DNA of 64,000 bases from Trypanosoma brucei. Its lineage: Eukaryota. Location of the stretch: positions 1,504,001-1,568,000 of the forward strand of contig CM000208.1 of assembly GCA_000002445.1 (NCBI GenBank). Direction: 5' to 3'. Below the pieces are notes generated by a model that saw only the letters and a list, made by a program, of their open reading frames with translations, was not told the DNA's origin and searched no databases. The position numbers and the translations under genes were made by a program. Within the stretch, counting starts at the first letter, position 1. Each line of letters opens with the position of its first letter. Shown piece by piece: positions 54,814 to 64,000 of this stretch.

Positions 54814-57800
54814 CTAAGAGGTTCCCACGTCTTCCACAAGTTCCTCAAGGGCTGCAACCAGACCATCAATACCTTCCCGATCTGGTGCCAGCTGCAGTAA
54901 CTGCCGCAAACACTCAGCCACGCGAACACGGCAATGCAGGCTAAGAGAGGGTGATATATTCCGCTTTTCTGATCTCAGGGCATGGAGGAGAGCGGGTACA
55001 ACCCTAACGCATGTATCAAACACAGTGCGGCAGCCACCTTCAGGCAAACCAACGCAATAAGTTACAAAGCAGGCGTCACCAGCTGTAACTAATCGATACA
55101 ATTCGGAATGCAGCCACAGCCCAGTCCTGTCAGTTTTACCCATCTGACTTTGAAGTGCACGCGATGCGCACTCAACCACCTCCCAACAAACAGTGGTATC
55201 ATCACTGCAAAGCGCCCTGGCGAGGAGAATATTCACCGAATCGTGCACCGACAGATCATGTTCCTTCATGAGGATGGTGCGCTGCAATTCAGTAAGCTGC
55301 GGCAAGGCGCTAGCGTGCATCGCCTCGCAGGTGTTAGTAGCAGCTCCGGTGATAGCTAAGCCCAACAGCACTAAACCACACTCCCCGGCAGAAATGGAAG
55401 TTCCGACATCTTTTGTAGCAATCCGTAGGTCCTCCCCACCGCCAGTACCGTGGTAGAAACGAAGCATGTTATCTACGGAAAACCTCAAAACCTCGAGGAA
55501 AGAGCGATCACGCTCATCCGACCGTGAACGGAAGAGCCAGGCAGCGCACAGCGACTCAATCAAGGCAACTGTTTCCCTCCGTTGGAGAACGAATGGCTTT
55601 TCGGCACCCACACTACCTTCTTCAGAACCCTCTCCCATGTTACCGGGTCTTCTCTCATGGATAGCGCTGGCGCAGTGCAGCACAATTTCGCTCACCATGG
55701 AGATGTCACCGGCATCCCTCGAGCACATCCTTGTCATGGAACGCAGTGCTCTGCAAACACGCCGCGCGTCCTGAGAGACTTCAGGTGCCTTCAACTTTTC
55801 AAAAAGCGGCAAAAGAAATAGTGAGGCCTCATCAGCAGCAAAGGCAGCACCGTAAAGCATGGCATACGCACAACGGTAACAATATAGCTCTGACAGCTTC
55901 TCTTCAGGCATTAGGAGCAGCCCCGCTTTGAGTGTCGCAGATTCGATATAGAGAGGTGAGAGCACACCCGCAATAACTCGCGCAGATGTACACTGGTGGC
56001 TGTACTTGCGAAGCTTACACACATACCCCGCAAGGGAAACGCATGCCATTAAATTTTGGCGACAATCCCAGGACACGTCGTTGCCACTCAACGTCCTGAG
56101 AGACAACAGTAGCTTCTTTACACATATGGCCATATATGTGTCAAAAGACGGCTGAGGAGGATGCTCAAAAAAACCGAGAACGCTGACAAATGCCATAATT
56201 TCTCTCAACGTATAAGATTCCAGTATGGTGGAAACAGAGTCCATATTTTCTACTAGTGCATCCATGCGCTTCACTATACTCACAGCGAGTGTGACCAGCG
56301 GATCTGCATTAGCAGAACCATCTGGCGTACACACCGGTTTCCAGTCACACGACGAGCTCTCCTGGTATTCTGCCGATGGCAAAAAAACAGTGGGGCGAAG
56401 AAACCGCGAGGACTGTAACGCCTGCAGAACGACCTGGCATTGCTTCAGGCTGCACATTTGCATACGCTCCGCTACATTGCACGCGAGGGTGTTTAGAATA
56501 CGGCCATTCCACACGCCTAAACGTGCAAAGGCACTTAGAAGAAGAGAAAGCTCCAACGGCCCCATGGCGGGCGACATATCGCGAACGAGTGGCAGTAACT
56601 CGTATAGTAAGGAGTGGTGCCCCACCTCCACCTTCTCAAAACTTTGTACAAGCATGACAACCTCTTGCGGTGTCATTTGCCATCCACCACCAGTCGCCAC
56701 GCCACACGAGTACGGTGACTGCTGCATCTGCAAACAGACGGCGTCGCCTATCATCGTAAAGGTGTCGTGAACAACCCCGAAATCATCACCCTTAGACAGT
56801 AAATCACTTGATACCTCCCTTTCCGCAGCATCGCTGTCCACATCCTCAGAATCATCAGCCCCTTCCGCAGCGGGCTCCGATGAGATAGCCTGCAGCTGCG
56901 CTAACGTGTACGCAAGAAGAACAACATCTCGGGGGGAAATTGTCATCACATCCGTCTCTAGCATATCACGTGCATTCTGCATGGCAATTCGTTTCAGCGC
57001 GGAAAGGGCTTCCTTCTCACAGGGTTTTATGGCCGCATTCTTTATAATCGGCAACACACACCGAAGAAAAGACGTTGTTTTCTTCGGTGCCGTTGAGAGA
57101 AGTGTCCCTGCCCGCCACAAGAGCGACGCCGATATTTGTACTTCCCGCACTTGCCGCATCCCGTCGAGGAGAGATTGAATGTCGTGCAGTGTCATTTCGA
57201 CACGGCCCGACTGCTCAACAAGAGATTTCATCGCTTCTCGCGCCACCGCCTCACCAATCAAGTCCTTTGACAGCAGCTCCCTTGTGTATTTAGCGAGAGC
57301 CCCAACCTCGTAAGCATTCGCCATCGGTGCAAGACGAATCACTTGATTGGCGGCGCTGTCAAAAGATCGCTGCGCGGAAGGTGAATACGTAACCGTGGCC
57401 GCTGAGTTATGCACGGCAGTTTCCTCCTCTCCCGCAGGAAATGGGGCCCCTAATCCGGGTATGAGAACGCCGAGCAACTTGACAAGACTTTTGGGGTCCT
57501 GTATCTCCTTTACGGTTCCCATGGCGCCTTGTCTTACCATCTCGTAAAGCTCCCCGGCACGCAGGAGCAACTCCTCCTCTTCACGTCTCACGGGCACACA
57601 CTTTTCACGGAACGTATCAAGAGCATTCATGAGAGTAAATACCCCACTCGGGTCCTCATGTCCAATTACCGCGTGACCGTCACTAACTCCGTCATTGCTC
57701 TCATCACATGTAACATTCGACACCTCTACGAACCTGGAAGCTGCCCCGACAAGTTGTGAGTCCAGTGAAGCGTAAACAGTGAGCGACAAGGCAGAGTGGA

Positions 57801-59340
57801 GTTGTGAAAAGAGAAGAAGTAATTGTGCCGCCTCAACAGTCGTAACCGCCCGCGCCGAAGCCAATGTAACAACGCGATCGGCTGAGCGACGAAGGCAAGG
57901 AAGCACGGCAGGCAATAATGGGGCATCCCAAACAGTCACATACGACTCATCCTTCACCGACCGGGTGTGATAGTCACCGAACCGACACAGCCCCTGAAGA
58001 AACGGAATGAGATGAGACGGTTGTACTGAGTCCATATGAGATGCAAAAGAGCTGCAAAGAAGGTTCACAAGGTCCTCAGAAACCTCCGTGTCCAGGCGCG
58101 TGAGATTGGCTAGAAGTAACGAGCTCTCAATGTGACGAAGAGTCTCCGGGTGGGTTTCCGCGAGCAAGAATAGCTTTGGTCGCATGGCGCCAACTATGCG
58201 CTGAACCAGTAGTCCATCAGCAACTTCCGGTGCGCAACTACGCAGACGTACCAACAAAGACACCGCCATGCTCATCTCCTTCACTGTCGCCGAAGCAAGA
58301 GCGAGTGGCAACAAAGAGACAGCGCCGCGAGAAAAAAAAATCATACTCTCCCGGTGCTTTAACTTCAACGCACAAGAGAGTAAGTGGCAAAGGTCTCCGG
58401 GCCGTTTTGCTGCACCCGATGCGCATGATCCGAAGGCTGTGCCTAGTACCGGTTGCAAGGGCAAAAGAACCGCGTGCATTTCTTCCATATCCTTGACGCC
58501 ATCAGCATCCACATCGCTGCAGAGAGACTCAAAGCGCTGAAACGCCAGGAGAGTGTGGGTGCAATCCTGAACGTCAAATGAGGATGCGGACGCGGTTGCC
58601 GATAAGAGAGCGTCCGCCGCCTTCGTCAATAACTCTGCAACACTCCTGCGTAGGACAGAGGCTGCGCTCCCCGAAGCCAACGTCTTACCCGCCATTCCCA
58701 CAGAGGGTCCCTCGGGTTCTATATCTTTAGTCTCACCGCCCCCGGCATCGCCAACGCCACAGTTGTCGTCGCATTCTAAAAGTCTGTTAACAAGGCTGAA
58801 GACAGAGACAATGGCACTGTAATGCTGTTTCATCTCGACCTCATTCATTGTTGCGGTGGAAACCGACGCCTCCAGCGAGGTCAACAGAGGGGTAATGAGC
58901 TCCTCCATAACAAACTGCCGCCCGAGCGACTTACCATCCTTTAGATTAAGTAGTGGCATCGCAACGGACATAACCTGCCGTGTGGTTAATAAACTGGATT
59001 TGTTTATCCGCACCCACTGAAGTGCCTCCGCAACCCGCTGTGTTGTAGTAGTGGCCCCAAACGCTGCAGCAACGCTCAACAACTTCCCGACTTCAATACA
59101 AAAGGAAGACGAGACCACACTTACGTCCGACAGCATGTCGCTTCCCCGCACCTCTCGCCGGAGGAGCTTCAGCGCCTCGTCCGCAAGCCTCTGCTTACTT
59201 AGCGAAGTTTCACACCCCGCCATCGGCGTCTCCCGACGTTGAAGAGGACGCTGATACTGCTGGCGCAGGCGCTGTAGGGTTCTCAACACGGACTGAGGTG
59301 CAGATGCCCCCTGAAGACGCCGAAGGCATACATGGAGCAT
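54814..59340 (-). CDS. Large helical-repeat protein (1508 aa); FAST-kinase-like / heptatricopeptide-like repeats; Arg-rich N-terminus suggests mitochondrial import
   Basis: N-terminus MLHVCLRRLQGASAPQSVLRTLQRLRQQYQRPLQRR. Repeated Leu-rich helical hairpins, e.g. ELSLLLSAFARLGVWNGRILNTLACNVAERMQ and SHLIPFLQGLCRFGDYH, resembling FASTK-like domains of kinetoplastid mitochondrial RNA-binding proteins. No RAP domain seen at the C-terminus. Confidence 0.4.
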   Translation of the reverse strand: MLHVCLRRLQGASAPQSVLRTLQRLRQQYQRPLQRRETPMAGCETSLSKQRLADEALKLLRREVRGSDMLSDVSVVSSSFCIEVGKLLSVAAAFGATTTTQRVAEALQWVRINKSSLLTTRQVMSVAMPLLNLKDGKSLGRQFVMEELITPLLTSLEASVSTATMNEVEMKQHYSAIVSVFSLVNRLLECDDNCGVGDAGGGETKDIEPEGPSVGMAGKTLASGSAASVLRRSVAELLTKAADALLSATASASSFDVQDCTHTLLAFQRFESLCSDVDADGVKDMEEMHAVLLPLQPVLGTAFGSCASGAAKRPGDLCHLLSCALKLKHRESMIFFSRGAVSLLPLALASATVKEMSMAVSLLVRLRSCAPEVADGLLVQRIVGAMRPKLFLLAETHPETLRHIESSLLLANLTRLDTEVSEDLVNLLCSSFASHMDSVQPSHLIPFLQGLCRFGDYHTRSVKDESYVTVWDAPLLPAVLPCLRRSADRVVTLASARAVTTVEAAQLLLLFSQLHSALSLTVYASLDSQLVGAASRFVEVSNVTCDESNDGVSDGHAVIGHEDPSGVFTLMNALDTFREKCVPVRREEEELLLRAGELYEMVRQGAMGTVKEIQDPKSLVKLLGVLIPGLGAPFPAGEEETAVHNSAATVTYSPSAQRSFDSAANQVIRLAPMANAYEVGALAKYTRELLSKDLIGEAVAREAMKSLVEQSGRVEMTLHDIQSLLDGMRQVREVQISASLLWRAGTLLSTAPKKTTSFLRCVLPIIKNAAIKPCEKEALSALKRIAMQNARDMLETDVMTISPRDVVLLAYTLAQLQAISSEPAAEGADDSEDVDSDAAEREVSSDLLSKGDDFGVVHDTFTMIGDAVCLQMQQSPYSCGVATGGGWQMTPQEVVMLVQSFEKVEVGHHSLLYELLPLVRDMSPAMGPLELSLLLSAFARLGVWNGRILNTLACNVAERMQMCSLKQCQVVLQALQSSRFLRPTVFLPSAEYQESSSCDWKPVCTPDGSANADPLVTLAVSIVKRMDALVENMDSVSTILESYTLREIMAFVSVLGFFEHPPQPSFDTYMAICVKKLLLSLRTLSGNDVSWDCRQNLMACVSLAGYVCKLRKYSHQCTSARVIAGVLSPLYIESATLKAGLLLMPEEKLSELYCYRCAYAMLYGAAFAADEASLFLLPLFEKLKAPEVSQDARRVCRALRSMTRMCSRDAGDISMVSEIVLHCASAIHERRPGNMGEGSEEGSVGAEKPFVLQRRETVALIESLCAAWLFRSRSDERDRSFLEVLRFSVDNMLRFYHGTGGGEDLRIATKDVGTSISAGECGLVLLGLAITGAATNTCEAMHASALPQLTELQRTILMKEHDLSVHDSVNILLARALCSDDTTVCWEVVECASRALQSQMGKTDRTGLWLHSELYRLVTAGDACFVTYCVGLPEGGCRTVFDTCVRVVPALLHALRSEKRNISPSLSLHCRVRVAECLRQLLQLAPDREGIDGLVAALEELVEDVGTS

Positions 59341-60625
59341 CTTCTTTCAAAACAAAACACCCACTTGACCTATTGCTGACTTCCTCTTCACAGCCCGCTA
59401 ACTTCAATGAACAAGCGGTATGGGGCCACGGTCACTTTTAACGTCAGCTTGAATTCAAGGGCATCCGGCAGAGCACGTGGACATTGGTACACGTGGATGC
59501 GTATTTCAGAAGGACAAAAAGGTGGAAAAGGGAGAAGGAGCGCAACGATGTTAAATAAAAGGAAAAGAAGGAACAAAAAACAAATTCAGAAAAGGGATAT
59601 AACCGAACAAGAGTGCACAGAAACCAAAAATAACCGGCAAACCAGAACTCATTCCTATTGTCGTGACATTTTTGATTCTATTTGTTTGTTTGGTGTTGTT
59701 GTTGTTTTGCTTTAGTGTGTGTATGTGATTCACTTTATGTGATCGTGTCCCGTGTACATTCCACTGAGCCTCATCACCAGCCTTAACGCTCTCTTTTTCC
59801 CTCGTCCTCACACTCTTTCCCTGCTGTCACCACCATCAGGACCTCGCTGGTGCTTCACAACATTGGTCGCGCATCCCACAACCATTTGCCACTCTGCTGC
59901 AACTCCCCCACAACCGTTATGACTAAACAACCCAAAACAATAACCACAAACACGTACATCCGCAATTCCCCATCCCCATCATCCTCCTCCCCCTCCTCCT
60001 CCTCCGCACTCCCCTTCCCTCCAGCGGCTTGGCACATGCAGCCGGCTTTGACGCATCGGTAACTGTGAGGCCCAGGGGAAGAAAAGAAAAATCGGATACT
60101 CTTTGGGGGTACACAGTAGAGGGTTTTGCAGAAGAAAAATGGAATGAAAATGAAAACAAAATGGAGGTATGCGCACACATATGGTTGCTGACAACCTTTC
60201 AGCACTCCCAATCCCCTGGGGCTACCAAGTTATTGCACAAACCCCCCGCCTCCAACAATCAACAGGTGGAAAATAATAATAATAACGATAAAATACAGAA
60301 CCAAGCGAATACACAAACAGAAGAGAACGTGTCTTTGTCCCTGTCTAGGTCAGTCAGGACAACTCGGCGAAGGAACGCAAAGCACAAACGAACAAAAGAG
60401 AGACCACGGTTGTCAACACAGTGCAATGACAAAGTAACGTTAACAGTCTTTAAAAGGAGTGAAATTCACAAGCTGAAGATAGGGCGCCCACAACTCACCG
60501 ATACTAATAAGAACAGGCGCATAGACATGTAAACGAAGTAGGGAACAAAGAATAATGGAAGTGCAGGCACATGGCAGGTAACGGCAATATCAATTCTCCC
60601 ATGTACTCCTGAGGAAGAAATAAAA

Positions 60626-62158
60626 TCAGTTGTTCGTTCCGTATCCACTGTTAATTTCATGTTGCAAAAGCTCAACATCCTCAGCCTCTCGTGCTCCCAT
60701 ATGCTTAAAGTAGTTCTTGTAGCTGCTCTTCAGACGACGGACACAGCCCTTACACAAGCGGGTTGTGTATATCAGAGAGAGTAGTGCAAAGAAAATGGTG
60801 GCCACCGTAGTCCATATGTACGCCGCAGTACATAATGCCACATATCGGAAGGTTCCATCCCCTGTAAGTTCGTAACAAAAGGGGATGGCGCTCTGTTGCT
60901 CCACCGCCGTGGTTAAAACAAATTCTGGCATATCCGGTAACGCCCTAACAAAGTAGCCAAGGAAGGGTGAAGGGCCTTCGCCTTCTGTGGCGCCCGACCT
61001 AAACGGAGAAACATAAGACATGATTGATCGACCCACACGATCGGCTATCAACAGTAGATCATGTGAAGGATTTTCATATATACCGCTGGCAGCATGCATG
61101 AAAACCGGTGATGTGACCGGATAACTCGGTTGCCGCTGATGAGGGGTGTTAAAGTCACTTGCAGCCACTGGGGATGACTTTCCCACGAGGGGTACAAGAT
61201 AGACCATGCCATCCTCTTTGCTCGTTACATACATGTGTGGAACCTCGAAGTACGATGCAGGCGATTCAATGGGCTTAAAGTACCGAGAAGGGAACGCCAC
61301 TTGCACCGGTGATGGAACAGTTATCGAGAAAACATACGCTCCCGTGTCAGCATAAAACACCAGCAATTTGTTGAGAGCAATATCACACAATACAAGGTAG
61401 CGAGCGAGGAGGCCCTCCCCCGTTGCGAAACTTCCAGCGGGTGCCGCTTGCTCCACAAGGAAGCGGGGAAGCGGGGGAGAAATGGCTAGCCCTCGAACAG
61501 AGAGCAATGCGTATTCGTTACTCCATGGGGAAACAAACAATCCGACTTTCTTCGGTATCTTTGATGCCGCGGAACCGTTCGTGAGAGCAAACACAGAATT
61601 TTCAGCAGGTTCCCAGCGTGGATATTTGCCTTTTCCGTCATCAACGCGCGTGTATCTCGCAACAGTGACGCTGTTCTGGTTGGATGCATACAGTGAATCG
61701 TCATCAGGATTAAAGACTATGGCATACGGATGATCAAGCATTGGATTGTTGTCGTCTTGCTCAGCCACGGTAAAGAGGTAGTCACGAGTACAGTTTTTTC
61801 CGAGTGTCCCATTAAGAACACCATTCCCTGAGACGGCGAAGATGCGACTAAATTTCCCTCGCGCGCTAGCGATATACAAGTGCTCCCCCGGGCCGAACTT
61901 CATATCGCGCAACTTCTCCACGCGCACGGGGAAAGATTCCTTGTTCAACACGTTGCCTATAAACCGTCCTTCCGTGTCAAAGGCCCAGATGTTATCTGCG
62001 GCATTCGAGGTGACGTAAACCGCATGTGTGTTACCGTTAGACGGACAGTACGCGGCAGCACAATCAAACAATAGCGAGAGAGACACCGTAGCAGCCACGT
62101 AAAGGGAAAAAACAAACGGGTTCATTTCCCACACCGTTACAAAACTGGGTCGTCTCAC
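60626..62158 (-). CDS. Predicted type-I membrane protein: signal peptide, beta-propeller-like (NHL/SGL-like) ectodomain, single C-terminal TM (510 aa; alternative start at 62125 MNPFVF…)
   Basis: MNPFVFSLYVAATVSLSLLFDCAAA is signal-peptide-like. Repeated beta-strand motifs follow (…NIWAFDTEGRFIGNV…, …HLYIASARGKF…, …DHPYAIVFNPDDDSLYASNQNSVTVARY…). C-terminal hydrophobic span YVALCTAAYIWTTVATIFFALLSLIYTT, then a basic tail (RLCKGCVRRLKSSYKNYFKH). Confidence 0.5.
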   Translation of the reverse strand: MRRPSFVTVWEMNPFVFSLYVAATVSLSLLFDCAAAYCPSNGNTHAVYVTSNAADNIWAFDTEGRFIGNVLNKESFPVRVEKLRDMKFGPGEHLYIASARGKFSRIFAVSGNGVLNGTLGKNCTRDYLFTVAEQDDNNPMLDHPYAIVFNPDDDSLYASNQNSVTVARYTRVDDGKGKYPRWEPAENSVFALTNGSAASKIPKKVGLFVSPWSNEYALLSVRGLAISPPLPRFLVEQAAPAGSFATGEGLLARYLVLCDIALNKLLVFYADTGAYVFSITVPSPVQVAFPSRYFKPIESPASYFEVPHMYVTSKEDGMVYLVPLVGKSSPVAASDFNTPHQRQPSYPVTSPVFMHAASGIYENPSHDLLLIADRVGRSIMSYVSPFRSGATEGEGPSPFLGYFVRALPDMPEFVLTTAVEQQSAIPFCYELTGDGTFRYVALCTAAYIWTTVATIFFALLSLIYTTRLCKGCVRRLKSSYKNYFKHMGAREAEDVELLQHEINSGYGTNN

Positions 62159-62220
62159 AGTTGAAACCTCTTATAAACCCTACCTGGTAGGCAACTTCAC
62201 TGCCCCTTAGGGAGTGTGTC

Positions 62221-62262
62221 AGCAAGCACAGACACACACACACACACACTCACTCACACACT
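62221..62262. repeat. (CA)n / (CACT)n microsatellite
   Basis: cagacacacacacacacacactcactcacacactcactcac in the spacer between the membrane-protein gene and the ALDH gene. Confidence 0.85.
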
Positions 62263-62568
62263 CACTCACGAACGCGAGCAAAGCCAGTTACGCGGAAGGG
62301 GGAAAAAAAAAGAACGAAAGTGGATGGCGACAGATAACAATATCAAGAAAAAATGGACTCGTTGATGCTATGGGTGACGGTGCCGCACACAGACGTGCAA
62401 ACGGTACCCGTATATGTATGCACATAAACTTACACGTCCAACCGCACGCACACGCAACCGACAACAGTCGCATAAAAACCATAGATAATTATAGAACTTT
62501 TTGTTTTAACAGAAACAAACGATAACAACAATGTCAACCAGCCATGTGACGGTAAGAAGTGCAACTTT

Positions 62569-64000
62569 CTACACACGTGACTCCAGAACATATTTAACGT
62601 CGAGAAACGCGTCAATGCCGTACTTTGAGCCATCCCGACCCAACCCACTTTCTTTGACACCGCCGAATGGAGCACAGGGTGATGATAAACCACTGTCATT
62701 AATCCCAATCATACCAAAACTCAGTTGCTCCATTATTTGCTTCTGCCTACGGTAATCCTGCGTGTACACATAAGCTGCCAGACCTGCAGGAGTCGCGTTG
62801 GCCAAACGTATAGCCTCCGTATCGTCATCAAACGTAATTATGGGTATAATAGGACCAAATATCTCCTCCTGACAGCAGCGCATCGTATCGTGGTTTACAC
62901 CGGAAAGTACTGTGGGTTCGAAAAAGTACCCAGGACCTGATAAGCGCCGACCTCCTGCTTCCACCTTGGCTCCCTTTTCCACCGCATCTTGCACCAGCGA
63001 CACCACACGCTCGACTGCGGAACTGCTGACAAGTGCGCCCATCGTTGAAGACGGGTCAAAGTTATTCCCCACACGGATTGAGTTCACCCTCTCCAGCAAC
63101 CTCGTCATGAAGTCACCGTAAACCGTGGAGTGCACGAAAACACGGTTGGCGCTTATGCATGCCTGTCCCGCAGCACGAAACTTCGCATTCATGAGTCCAG
63201 TGACCGCGCGATCCACCTCAGCGTCACTGAACACGATAAATGGTGCGTTTCCACCAAGCTCCAACCCTAACTTCTTCATGGTGCTTGCGGAGCGCCGGTA
63301 TATGTACTTACCAACTCTGGTGGACCCGGTGAAAGAAATCTTACGCACATCAAAACTATCCAGAACCGCATCACCGATGGGTGCCGCGTTTCCAGTAACG
63401 ATATTAAACACCCCGTCGGGCACGCCTGCTTCAACTGCCAACTGGGCGAGTGCAAGTGCACTGAATGGAGTTAGTTCTGATGGTTTCAACACAACGGCAC
63501 AACCTGCAGCAAGAGCCCCACCCACAACTCGCGTGACCATTGCTGACGGGAAGTTCCACGGAGTGATGGCACCCACTACACCCACAGGCCGCCGCAACAC
63601 AGTTGTTGAAACATCAGGGCGAGGACTTCCCACAACATCCCCATAAGCGCGTTCCGCCTCTCCCGCATACCATTCAAGGAACCGTGCGGCGTACAGGCAT
63701 TCGTCAACACCTTCTTGCACAACTTTCCCCGACTCTCGGGAGAGGAGAGAACCGAGGGAATTTCTGTGATGATATATTAACTGCGCCCATCGATGAAGTA
63801 TGACTGCACGTGTGCGGGGCACGGTATCCTTCCATGTTTCAAAGGCTTTCTGAGCCACCGCAATTGCCTGCAGCGTTTCATCCTTCCCTAAGTTGGGAAT
63901 ATCGCCAATAGTAACATTAGTGCAAGGATCCTCAACTGAAATCACGTCCGCAGCACCGGAAGTCACAAAACAACCGTTGATGAAGGAGGTTGGTTGATTC
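62569..64000 (-). CDS. Succinate-semialdehyde dehydrogenase-like NAD(P)+ aldehyde dehydrogenase (ALDH superfamily); N-terminus truncated by window end
   Basis: [48 protein letters not shown] matches E. coli GabD [48 protein letters not shown] (catalytic Glu and Cys present). The frame stays open to 64000 (…[20 protein letters not shown]…, the ALDH FINGEWV motif). The track's M at 63966 is a GTG codon, so the true ATG lies outside the window. Confidence 0.75.
   Translation of the reverse strand, partial: [476 protein letters not shown]

Noticed and set aside
60029-60532. 167-aa plus-strand ORF in the spacer between the 1508-aa gene and the membrane-protein gene
   Set aside because: Opposite strand to the polycistron, low-complexity (Asn/Lys/Glu-rich) product, no motifs. 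Typical spurious ORF in a purine-rich spacer.
1-64000. CRISPR arrays, prokaryotic operons, phage/mobile elements, retroelement (ingi/RIME/SLACS-like) insertions
   Set aside because: No direct-repeat/spacer arrays. The only sizeable repeats are the UMSBP duplication and microsatellites. No reverse-transcriptase, endonuclease or transposase motifs seen in any frame.

Overview
This 64 kb window reads as kinetoplastid (trypanosomatid) nuclear DNA. Every protein-coding gene I can support lies on the minus strand, which fits one long polycistronic transcription unit. Between genes there are pyrimidine/purine-skewed, low-complexity spacers carrying dinucleotide microsatellites. There are no introns, no prokaryotic operon features, no CRISPR array and no rRNA. 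The gene order is: clathrin heavy chain, two tandem CCHC zinc-finger UMSBP paralogues, proteasome beta-5, then four or five further genes, then a PIG-C/GPI2 homologue. From memory this matches the Trypanosoma brucei chromosome 10 core region around clathrin heavy chain. That assignment is an inference, not a database result. I can name 13 of the 19 CDS with reasonable support. They are cohesin SCC3, proteasome alpha-5 and beta-5, clathrin heavy chain, UMSBP2 and UMSBP1, an RsuA/RluB-like pseudouridine-synthase-fold protein whose catalytic Asp is replaced, a QNG1/DUF2419 queuosine-salvage homologue, an Atp23-like HExxH metalloprotease, PIG-C, a 3246-aa BEACH-WD40 protein, and a GabD-like succinate-semialdehyde dehydrogenase cut by the window end. 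There is also a large WD40 gene (1..4229, minus strand) that the supplied ORF track omits because it runs off the window start with no in-frame stop. I found it by manual translation. The other six are conserved-looking hypotheticals. I see nothing resembling a novel self-contained biological system. This is a housekeeping core region. The most notable items are the dead pseudouridine synthase with a mitochondrial-type N-terminus, the UMSBP tandem duplication with internal 96-bp repeats, and the ORF-track omissions at the window edges.
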